Source: Mobula hypostoma (Eukaryota). Taken from it: a stretch of DNA of 64,000 nt. A program made the position numbers and the translations under genes. Location: positions 159,776,001 to 159,840,000 of the forward strand of contig NC_086097.1 in the NCBI RefSeq assembly GCF_963921235.1, given 5' to 3'. The notes beneath the pieces were generated by a model. That model saw only the letters and a list, made by a program, of their open reading frames with translations. It did not search any database and was not told the origin of the DNA. Positions 36,630-47,319 of the stretch are shown piece by piece. The number at the start of each line of letters is the position of its first letter. The first letter of the stretch is position 1.

Positions 36630-39600
36630 AATATTGGGTGCCAAAAGCTGAGTATTTGAAGAGCATGTGAATAGAACCTGTGTGTTCAACCAGAGATATC
36701 ATCTGGTGTTTTGCTTTGTGGTCTGATCTTGATCCAGTTTCATTCCATATCTTGATCCAAGACTCGGACACTCCAGTACTTGGGTCCAAAGCATCCTCGT
36801 TAAGGACTCTAGTCACAGTATGATTGAACAAGTATGAACCCAGTGGGATATCAGAGTCTTTCATCTGCTGTGACCAGCCACAGCAAGAAGATTTCTAGAC
36901 ACAGCCTGAATATTTTATGACCTCCAAGTAGCTGTTTGCCAAGTTTTGCAAGGAGGAAGTCAGAGTCGTTTGGGAGAGCCAGTCAGTCACTGTGCGGAAC
37001 CAGTACATCTTTCAATCCTGATGAGATCTGATGGTGACCAGGCTCTTGCTGCAGCTTTCTCAATCAATGCTCATTAGAGTTCAAACTCCACCATCCCAGT
37101 TCCCTTTGGAGTGTGGAAAGGTGGCCTTCATTATCTCTCTTCTGACTGGGAGAGCCCTGGCATGAGCCAATGCGCTTTGGGAAAGAAGGTTGGAGGCTTG
37201 TTTGGATTCAGAGGATTTCATGGCTGCCATGAGGAAGGTGTTCCACCACCCTGCCAGAGCCATCTGAGCTTCAGACCGTCTGATGAAGTTTCAATAGGGC
37301 AGACGGTCAGCGGTCAACTATGCCATCGAGTTTCAGACATTGGCCCAAGAGAGTGGCAGGAACAGGAAGGCCTTGGCCACTGTATACCGCCATGGACTCC
37401 TAGATGAACTGAAGGTTGCTCTCGGCTGGGAGAGCCAGCAGAGGAGTTAGAGGTTCTGATTGACCAATCCATTCGTCTCCATAATCATCAGGCAGAGCGT
37501 AAGTGGGACTACATCAAGAGGTCAAAGAGGGTTAGCCCGAGCCTGGCCTTAATACATTGTAGTTCCACTCCCTGATCTCAGATGACGACCAACCAGTTTC
37601 CTGCTCAGAATCCTGTCGAGACCATGCAAATTGGCCACATAAGAATCTCTGCCAATGAGAGGTTCCAGCGTTGGAGTCAATGTTGCTTCTCTTGCTGTGG
37701 GGAAGCAGGTCACCAGCAGGCTGATGTCCTGAAGCTGCAGCCATCAGGGGAACTGTTAAGACCATCCAGTTTTGAGAGGACTGTGATGGTAGCAGTGACT
37801 ATTCCCAACCTCATGGATTTTGATATGAAGCTTAGAGCAGACATCTCCTGGGGTTTGAACCAACGAGAGGTGAATGCCTTTTTGGGCTCTGAGGCAGCTG
37901 AAAATTTCCTGGACATGGGAACTGCCCATCAGCTCAACGTGGGATGCAGGAGCTGAGCCAGCCCATGCCCGCAATTGTCTTGGATGGCCGTCCACTTGGT
38001 TCCAGACAGATCTAGCAACAGACGTTGGTCTTGTGGATGAGGATAATACAAAGGACATTAGTTTCTATACCATTCAATCTCCTCAGAGACCCCTGGTCCT
38101 CGGGCACCTTTGACAGTCCCAACATAACCCTTCTATGAACTGGATCATTGCATGGTCCCGTCACTGCAAGAATGTATGTTTTCGGCTTGGTGTTCCAACA
38201 CCCAGACTCTCCTAAGTCCAGCAGCTGATGAGGGGCAGTCTTCAGTTCGGGGTAACCTGGAGTCTTTAGGAAACCCAGATCTGCCTTCAAGGGCACACAA
38301 GCTGGCACCAGCCAACAGACCCGCGTGATTTCCAACCCTGTTCTGTCAGGGGTGCACTGGAACTAGTTCTCCAGTTCAGGAGCATAACAGGGAGGTGCCC
38401 AGGCAGTCAGGAACTCTAGCAGCTAAGCCATAGGGCTCCAGTTGCCAGGGGAAGGCTCCAAAACAGAGAACCTTGGATCCTAGTCCCAGGAGCAGAAGGA
38501 CAATTTGTTGTGCTGCACGACCGATGTTTGAGAATATGGATGAGTGTTTGGACTGTGATTTGACCTTTATTTTCACTAAAGACTCTTGAGAACCTATGGA
38601 GGAGACTCTGGGGTCTGCCAAATCATCACCTCAACCTAAGGAGCCTCAGGAGTCATCCTTGGAGGAAGATTTGGGGGTAATTGCAGCAACCAAGCCAGTA
38701 GAAAACCATTCTATCTATAAGGATCTACAAGGATTTGGAAGAAGTCTTCAGCAAGGGAAAGTCCTTGACTCTTCCACTGCACTGACCCTACAACTGTGCT
38801 ATATATCTACTGCCTGATAATTGTCTTCCACGGGGTCAAATATATACACTCTCAGGCCCAAAGAGAAGCACAATGGAGGAGTATATAAAGGAGGCTCTTG
38901 TCCTGGGGTTCATTTGGCCCTCCACCTCGCTAGTCAGTGCTGGCTTCTTCTTCGTACAGAAAAAGGATGGGAGCCTGCGGCCATGCAATGATTATAGAGC
39001 ACTGAATTGCACAATGATCAAGAATTGTTACTCTCTTCAACTCCTGAATACTGTCTTTGAGATTTTCCAAGGAGCAAGAGTATTCTCAAAGCTAGACTTG
39101 CGGAGTGCATACAGTATGGTTCGCATAAAGGAGGGTGATGAGTGGAAGATGGCATTCAACACACCAACAAGACACTATGAGTACCTGGTCATGCACTTCA
39201 GCCTTGTGAATGTGCCAGCACTTTTCCAGACCTTTTAAATGACGTGCTCCAGGATGCTCTCTATAAGTATGCCTTCGTGCAACATCCTAATTTTCTTGAA
39301 GTCCATGGAGGAACATGTCACTTACATCAGAGATATCCTAAAGAGGCTTCTTGATCATGGACTTTACATCAAGCTGGAGAAGTCCATATTTCAGGATAGG
39401 CCTCTCCAGAGTTGAGGAAATTAGCATACAAATTCATTGGACCCTCAATACTCTCAGGAAAGTAAACCTGGTAGCTCTCATTTTGCAGCTCCCTAATACC
39501 CTCAAGATCAACCCCACTTTCCACGTTTCCAAATTAAAACCTGTGAACACCAGCCCTTTAGCCCCACCACCATCAGTTCCGTGACCACCCAGCTTGTCGA

Positions 39601-39780
39601 TGGGGAGCAAGTCTCCACCAAGAGAAGAATTTTGGATTCATGAACTATTAGGGATGTTCGGCAGTTCCTCGTGGACTGGAAAGGATTTGGACCCAAGGAA
39701 TGGTGTTAGGTTCCTGCAAGACACGTCTTGGATCCAGCCCTCATCTACAACTACCATCACCATCTCTCCAAGCAGCCTCA
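36630..39780 (+). mobile_element. Decayed Sushi-like chromoviral Gypsy element (gag, protease, RT, integrase C-terminus, chromodomain)
   Basis: Gag SFLNQCSLEF..KVAFIISLLTGRALA, knuckle CGEAGH, protease [65 protein letters not shown], chromodomain QFLVDWKGFGP; putative LTR end at about 36817 and ATG at 36834. Confidence 0.9.
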
Positions 39781-39782
39781 TG

Positions 39783-40300
39783 AGCTCATTGAAACTTATC
39801 GAATGGTGAAAGGCCTTGATAGGGCTTGTTGGCAGAGGATATAGCCTCAGGATAAAGGAGCATCCTTTTAGAACAGAGATGAAGAGGAATTTCTTTAGCC
39901 GGAGAGTTCTGAATCTATGGAATTCATTGCCACAGGTAGCTGTGAAGGCCAAGTCTGCATGCATATTTAAAGCAGAGATTAATAGATTAATAGATTGGTC
40001 AGGGTATGAAGGGATACAGGGAAAAGGTAGGAGAGAAAAACTGGATTAGCCATGATTTAATGGTGGAGCAGACTCAACGGGATAAATGGCCTAATTCTGC
40101 TGCTATATTTATTGTCTTACATCATTATGATGCATGGTATAGATAGAGTAAACAAATAGTATCTTTTTCCCTGGGTTGAAATGTGTAATACCAGAAAGCA
40201 TGCACTTAAGGTAAGAGGAAATTGTTTCGAAGGCCATGTGAGGGGTAGGTTTTTACACGCAGAGTGGTAGGTAACTGGGATGTTGGTAGAGGAAGAGATG
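39783..40300 (+). mobile_element. Two adjacent CR1 3' end fragments
   Basis: RGYSLRIKEHPFRTEMKRNFFSRRVLNLWNSLPQ; a second piece starts at about 40125. Confidence 0.85.
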
Positions 40301-40619
40301 ATGCTTCATAATTCTAACATTTTGTGGTTTTGTTCTTTTGTTTCCTCTGACTGGGCTGTCCAGAGCCTTAAAATTAAACACATGATGAGAAGAAAATTTC
40401 TAAACCTACAGGATAGTGCACCTAAGGAGTCCTCAACACAAGAGGACAATGTATATTGTGTATATTCAAAAGAGGGGTCAAGTTTTTGGATCAAAAGGGA
40501 TTCAATGAGTATAGGGTCAGGAAACGAATGTGGTGTTTGGCTGGAAGATTAGGTACTTCTGAAATCTCAGAGCAGTCATGAGTGGCCAAATTACCCTCTC
40601 CTGCTTTTATTTATGTTCT

Positions 40620-40870
40620 TCAGCTTTAATGTGGGAGACCACACAGCCAATGTCTGTAAAACTATCTACTGCAAACAACAATTTGGTAATAATCAGATAA
40701 GTTGTTTTGTGATTTGGTTGCAGGTCAAGTATTGTCCAGAAAACTGGGGAAATATCCCGGCTGTTTCTTGCAACAGCGTTAGGAATCACAGAAAGGGATC
40801 ATCTGAAGCCTTGGTTATATTTTTCATCGTGAAAAATGATAGCTCCAACCAAGTCCTTCCAGTGCATTTT
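40620..40870 (-). mobile_element. Deu-domain SINE remnant (AmnSINE1/SacSINE1-like)
   Basis: cagccaat...aaacaacaatttggtaataatcagataagttgttttgtgatttggttg...tattgtccagaaaactggggaaata resembles the Deu domain as I recall it. Confidence 0.65.
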
Positions 40871-41789
40871 TCCAAATAAGTAGATTTTGAAAATATAATT
40901 AATTGGTATACCTTCAAAAAAGGAAACAAAGTGATTAAAAGAAGAAAGAAAACTATTGGCAACACAGTTCATTTCATCTGTTACCATTTTCATAGGATCA
41001 GCTGCATTGTTTCACATTGGAGGCCTCAATAATGCAACAGAACTTTGATAACAAGCTACTAATTAGGATTTATTTTTCAGACCGGCACAAGGAAAAACTC
41101 CAGGTGTAAGTCATTCAGAATAGCAGGAAGCCAAAATATAAGCAAGAAAAAGACTATAAGACCTTCCAACGCTCGATTAGACACTGCAGCAATCATCAAT
41201 AACACAGAGAGGGAAATGTTCGATGTTAAGGAGAAATCTGAAATGCCTATCTTCGTTTTGGCAGTTAAACTATTACTGGAAAACTATGACCACCAACAAT
41301 TTGAAGGAAAATGAAAAATAGAATGATTTGGGGTTTCATTAAATAATAAAAGCAATGCTTCGTAAATAAAGTCTAACTGAATGATCGGTTTTGTTGCAAG
41401 GATAGAATTTAATTGGCAAGATATAATGCTAAATCTATATAAAACCTTCATAAATCCATTGCTGAAGTACTGTGAGCAGAGCTGACCTCCCTGCAATAAG
41501 AAGGATGTTAAGAACAAATGGAAATATAGAGCAGATTTACCTGGATCTGGTGCACTACATGATATGTAAGTAAAAAAGCTCTTGAACAGAAGAGATATAG
41601 AACCAGTTATGTTTCAACCTTCGATTGCTGTGAAAATTCTTTTGCAAAGTAATGATCTTACTGTTGGCCATAACCAGACCCTAGAATTTTCTCAAGGGCT
41701 TCAGTGGAAGATTGGCAAAAAACTGCTTTATGCATTAATCATGATTTTCACCAGTTGTAACTGTGGCAGATAAAGCAACTTAAAATGCA

Positions 41790-43430
41790 AGTTCCCTGCC
41801 CCGACTGTTTCCTTTTCACTATGGATGTCCAGTCCCTGTACCCTTCTACCCTCCATCATGAAGTCTTTAAATTTCTTCAAAAGATCCAACCAGATCTCCT
41901 ACACCACTACCCTCCTCCATCCGGAAGAACCGATCCTCACCCTCAACAATTTTTCCTTCAGCTCCTCCCACTTACTCCAAATTCAAAAGGTAGCCATGGC
42001 CATCCACTTGTGCCCTAGCATGCCTGCATTTTCATTGGCTATGTAGAACAGTCCATGTTCCAAGCCTTCCCCAGGAATGCTCTGCAACTCTTTGCCTCCA
42101 ACTTCCATCCTGTCCTTAAATTCACTTGACCCATTTCTGACACCTCTCTCCCCTTCCTCAGTTTCTCTGTTTCCATCTCTGGAGACAAACTGTCTACTGA
42201 TATATTTTAGAAACCTACTGATTCCCACAGCTATCTTGACCATACTTCTCCCTGCCCTGTCTCCTGTAAAAAGGCTATTCTCTTTTCTCAGTTCCTTCAT
42301 CTTTGCTGCATCTATTCCCAGAATGAGCCTTTCATTTCCAGGACATCAAATATGTCCTCCTTCTTTAAAGAATGGGGATTTCCTTTTTCCACAACTAATA
42401 CTGTTCTTATCCTCATCTCTTCCATTTCCCAGGCATCTATGCTTCCCATCGCCTTAACAAGGACAGAGTTCCTCTTGTCTTTCCCTAGCACTTCATGAGC
42501 CCCAGATCCAACACATCATTCTCCTCATCTTCTGCCATCTTCAACAGGATCCTACCACCAAACCCAGCTTTATCTCCCCACACTCTCTGCTTTCTGCAAG
42601 CGTCACTCCTTCCGTGATTCACTTGTCCATTTGATCCCCACCACTCTAATTTCCCACCTGTCACATACTCCTGCATGCAACAGAAATGCTACACCTGCCC
42701 ATTCACCTCCTCTGTTGCCTCCATTCAGGGCCCCAAATAGCCCTTCCAGGTGAAACAACATTTCACTTGTGAGTCTGTGTGCCATATCTGGCACTCCTGA
42801 TATGGCCTCTTCTATGTTGGTGATCGCTGATATAAATTGGGGGACTGCTTTGTTGAGAACCTCCACTCCATGTGTCAAAATTGGAATTTCCCAGTAGCCA
42901 ACCATTTTAATTCCTGTACCGATATGTTGGTCAATGGCGTTCTCTTCTGCCTTGATGAGGCCACTTTCAGAGTGGATGTGCAACACCTCATATTCTGTGT
43001 AGGTAGCCTCCAACCTCATGACATGAACATCAATTTCTCCCTCCAGAAATAGTTCTCCCTTCCCTCTTCCCTCTTCTTTTATTTCCTATTCTGGCCTCAT
43101 TACTCTTCTCCTCATCTGCCTATCACCTCTCTCAGTGCCCCACCTTCTTCCCTTTCTTCCATAGTTCACTCTCCTCTCCTATTAGATTCCTTCTTCTCTA
43201 GCCCTTTACCTTTAACACCTACCTATCATCTTCCAGCTATTCCTACTTCCCCCCGCCCACTTTTTTATTCTGGCATCTTCCCCTGCCTATCCAATCCTGA
43301 AGAAGCGTCTCAGTCCAAAATGTTGCCTGTTTATTCATTTCCATAGATGCTGCTGGATCTTCCGAGTTCCTCCAATGTTCTGTGTGTATTTCTCTGGATT
43401 TCCAGCACGCGCAGAATCTGTTGTGTTTAT
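41790..43430 (+). mobile_element. Older Penelope-like element (RT, GIY-YIG, tail), frameshifted
   Basis: FTMDVQSLY, ILTLNNFSFSSSHLLQ, GDCFVENLHS..PVANHFNS; degenerate hammerhead at about 43293-43330. Confidence 0.9.
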
Positions 43431-44099
43431 GAGAAAACAAGTTGGAAAATTGTGTAATTACATTTGTGTGAACGTCTGAATCAGACGAAAAGGACAAAAT
43501 AAATCACTATATGTTTTGGAGCTTATGCCCACTCAAAGTCAATTCTTGTGGCTTGTCTCTCCTGTAGTAGGTTGTTAGCTGTAAAACTTTCCTTTTGGAA
43601 GACTGAAATATGCCCACTGCCATATTTTCTGTCTGCACATGGATCCCTGTACTCATATTGAAACATGGTTGATTTTTTTTCTTGGAGAGGGCAGAACTAT
43701 GATGACACACAACAGCGACTCCTTCGAGCTCATCTGCGGAAATAGCATAATTTCTACCTTTGATGTCTGTTTCTTTCGTTATCAGTGTGTGTGCGGTTCT
43801 GTCGATGACCTTGACCTGGAGTTACACTCAGACTTCAATTCTTTTTTCTGGTGGGACACGCTCCTGGGGGCTCACGTCCAGCCACTTTTCTAAATCCCAG
43901 GGATGCAGCCGAGAAGACGAGTGCATCTTTGGGGTTCCAAGGCTTCACGGCCCTGGGGATGAGCTGTCTCTAAGCTGGTGCTGCTGAATGAAGTGTCATG
44001 GGAGAAAATGGAACATCAAGAACAATGGATCGGTTGTGGGGGAGGGGCTCTGTACTGGCTGAATCGTGTGCTTGCTCTTTCTCATTGGTGGGGGAGAGT

Positions 44100-44585
44100 T
44101 TGTTCCCAATTCTTGAGTTGGAGAACACATAAAAAAGTGATGCGACAGACTTTCTTATCACAATATCAGCGAGTTGTTTTTTTTATCTCTCCCCTCTCGT
44201 GAAAGGGGATACCTCTTTGTCCCTTTATTGGGGAGAGAGAGAAAGAGCCAGTGGTATGTTAAATTGTTAACTGAATGATTAGTTGTTGTTGCAATGCAGA
44301 TCATGGCCCCTCTTGGGGAGCTTTGCTCTTGCTTGCTTGGTGGTGGAAGATGCTGATGCCTTTTTGTTGAAGTAAGCAGGGAACGGGGAGGCTTGATACT
44401 TTACTGCTGTTTGTGCATGGGAGGGGGGAGTAGGGGGAGCTTTCGGGTTCTAATATTTTTACTGTCACTTACCCTTTGGTGCACTCCTCTGTTTTCATGG
44501 ACGTCTGCAAAGAACAAGAATTTCAGGATGTATATTGTATATATTTCTCTGCTATTAAGTGCAACTATTGAACTATCGAACGATA
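44100..44585 (+). mobile_element. Non-autonomous retroposon 3' part (same family as 22455-22610)
   Basis: ctctgttttcatggacgtctgcaaagaacaagaatttcaggatgtatattgtatatatttctctg is shared with 22520-22590; 5' boundary uncertain. Confidence 0.6.
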
Positions 44586-44634
44586 CTTGGTCAGTTTATA
44601 GATGGATGTTTCTTGTGAAGTTTCTTGCACAGAT

Positions 44635-44848
44635 TGATGCACTGTCAATTACTCCAAAAGACTGGAAGTAGAGTAAATACTGAAAGGCCTTTATTAACAG
44701 TAAAAGGACCAACGTCCATGCTGAGTATCTGTCCTGGACTGAGGGAGGAGCAGTGACACAATTGCCTTTATTCAGGGATCTGTGGGAGGAGCCACAGGAG
44801 CAGTCAGCAGAGGGGCATGTGCAGACAGGTAACCCAGCTACAACATAC

Positions 44849-44904
<56 letters not shown>

Positions 44905-44927
44905 ATATACATATATGGTTTACCACA
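44635..44927 (-). mobile_element. 293-bp solo LTR containing a microsatellite
   Basis: TG...CA termini (tgatgcac...ttaccaca); 5-bp TSD cagat at 44630-44634 and 44928-44932; AATAAA on the - strand. Confidence 0.85.
44845..44916. repeat. Compound (AT)n(GT)n microsatellite
   Basis: Directly visible. Confidence 0.95.
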
Positions 44928-45361
44928 CAGATTACCTTTCTTATGAACTTCCAAAGTTTATTTTGCAGTTATATTTCCTATTGGTACATGCTAGATATCA
45001 CTATCAGCAAACTGAAAGCAAGAAGAATTTTTTTTTATTTTCCATAGTTTTTGTCTTCTCTCTTTTCCAGCTAGTTTATTACACATGTAATCATTAGACT
45101 GAGCGAGGGTAAAATAATACATCATGGCACAATTATTTTAAATAGGTTGAACAGATGAATGTCAAAAATCTAGATATTACATTGCAGTCCGGATATAAAT
45201 CCACTTGATTGATAAGCCCACCCACCACCCGAAACATTCATTTTGATGCTGTCTATGTCATGATTTATGCTATCATGTTTAATGAGATGAGAACTAGAGG
45301 ACACAGCCTCAAGATTCAAGATTTGGGATGAAGATGAGGAGAAACTGCTTTTTTCCAGACA

Positions 45362-46542
45362 TCTGCTCTCAGGATGAGGCTTTTCATTCTAGGACGAGGT
45401 AGTTGTCTTCATTTTTTAAAGAAAGGGGCTTCCCTTCCTCCACTATCAACTCTGCTCTTAAACGCATCTCCCCCATTTCACGTACATCTGCTCTCACTCC
45501 ATCCTCCCACCACCCCACTAGGAATAGGGTTCCCCTGGTCCTCACCTACCACCCCACCAGCCTCCGGGTCCAACATATTATTCTCCGTAACTTCCGCCAC
45601 CTCCAACGGGATCCCACCACTAAGCACATCTTTCCCTCCCCCCCCCTCTCTGCATTCCGCAGGGATCGCTCCCTACACAACTCCCTTGTCCATTCGTCCC
45701 CCCCATCCCTCCCCACTGATCTCCCTCCTGGCACTTATCCGTGTAAGCGGAACAAGTGCTACACATGCCCTTACACTTCCTCCCTTACCACCATTCAGGG
45801 CCCCAAACAGTCCTTCCAGGTGAGGCATCACTTCACCTGTGAGTCGACTGGGGTGATATACTGCGTCCGGTGCTCCCGATGTGGCCTTTTATATATTGGT
45901 GAGACCCGACGCAGACTGGGAGACCGCTTTGCTGAACATCTACGCTCTGTCCGCCAGAGAAAGCAGGATCTCCCAGTGGCCACACATTTTAATTCCACAT
46001 CCCATTCCCATTCTGACATGTCTATCCACGGCCTCCTCTACTGTAAAGATGAAGCCACACTCAGGTTGGAGGAACAACACCTTATATTCCGTCTGGGTAG
46101 CCTCCAACCTGATGGCATGAACGTTGACTTCTCTAACTTCCGCTAGGCCCCACCTCCCCCTCATACCCCAGCTGTTACTCATTTTTATGCACACATTCTT
46201 TCTCTCACTCTCCTTTTTCTCCCTCTGTCCCTCTGAATATACCTCTTGCCCATCCTCTGGGTCACCCCCCCCTCCGTCTTTCTTCCCGGACCTCCTGTCC
46301 CATGATCCTCTCGTATCTCCTTTTGCCTATCACCTGTCCAGCTCTCGGCTCTATCCCTCCCCCTCCTGTCTTCTCCTATCATTTTGCATCTCCCCCTCCC
46401 TCTCCAGCTTTCAAATCCCTTACTCACTCTTCCTTCAGTTAGTCCTGACGAAGGGTCTCGGCCTGAAACGTCGACTGCGCCTCTTCCTATAGATGCTGCT
46501 TGGCCTGCTGCGTTCACCAGCAACTTTGATGTATGTTGCTTG
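45362..46542 (+). mobile_element. Young 5'-truncated Neptune-type Penelope-like element
   Basis: Stop-free ORF 45403-46146 (GIY-YIG), nearly identical to 35494-36231; 12-bp TSD tttttccagaca at 45350-45361 and 46543-46554. Confidence 0.95.
46441..46476 (+). ncRNA. Minimal type I hammerhead ribozyme motif in the PLE 3' region
   Basis: AGTC-CTGACGA-A-GGG-tctcgg-CCT-GAAAC-GTC-GACT with all core positions intact. Confidence 0.8.
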
Positions 46543-47319
46543 TTTTTCCAGACAGTAGTGAATTTATGAAATTCTCTGATCAGGAAAGCAATGGAGGTTA
46601 CCTTTACATATTTAAGACACAGTTAGAATTTTGCATAGCAGGGTAATTAAGGGTTATGGTAAGAAGGCATGCAGATGGAACTGAGTTCATAGCCAGATCA
46701 GCAATGATTATGAATGGCAGATCAAGTTTGATGGGCCAGATGGCCGACATCTTCTCCTCATTCTTATGTTCTTATGACCAAAACCCACTGCCGTTACTTA
46801 CCAAGACTACTCTGACAAAATCTACCTCTAAGTGTAAGCATTAGCATGTCACTTTCAAGTCACACACAGTTTTGCTGTGGAAACACTTTGTTAATCAAAC
46901 CCTGGAACCTACACTATATGTACAATAAGTTAACCATCATTGGCAAACAAAGATGATCTTCCCATTATCAATGCCAATAAATGTTGACTTCTTAGTAAAT
47001 TAATTTAAAGAAGTTCAGGGTTTGCCATTGGAGGCCTTTATTGTTGACATATCTTAATGCAATTCTCTTCAAGCCATACAGGGTTGCAACAGAAATTTGC
47101 ATTTCTCTTACATGCCTTCTATCTATCTATCTGTTTGCTTAACCATCTGTCTAAGCATTTGTCTATTTATCTGTCTTTCTGTTTCTGTTTGTTTTCCTGT
47201 TAGACAGTCAGAAGCAAAGATTACAACCAGAAGAACCTAACCATATAACGTTTATGAATTGAAGAGGATGTGTGATAACATTGTTTTTTGCTCTTTCTTA
47301 TTTATGATGCTCTTTATAG

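Larger units (their letters stand above)
45280..46780 (+). mobile_element. CR1 3' end split by a PLE insertion (45280-45361 and 46543-46780)
   Basis: agaactagaggacacagcctcaag...aactgcttttttccagac continues as agtagtgaatttatgaaattctctg after the PLE. Confidence 0.85.

Noticed and set aside
36834..39780. Domesticated PEG10/RTL1-like gene
   Set aside because: Numerous stops and frameshifts across gag and pol; decayed retrotransposon
44753..45097. Cys/Val-repeat ORFs
   Set aside because: Translation of a (GT)n microsatellite
45403..46146. Host GIY-YIG nuclease gene
   Set aside because: Multiple near-identical dispersed copies, 5' truncation, TSD and linkage to a PLE RT show it is transposon sequence
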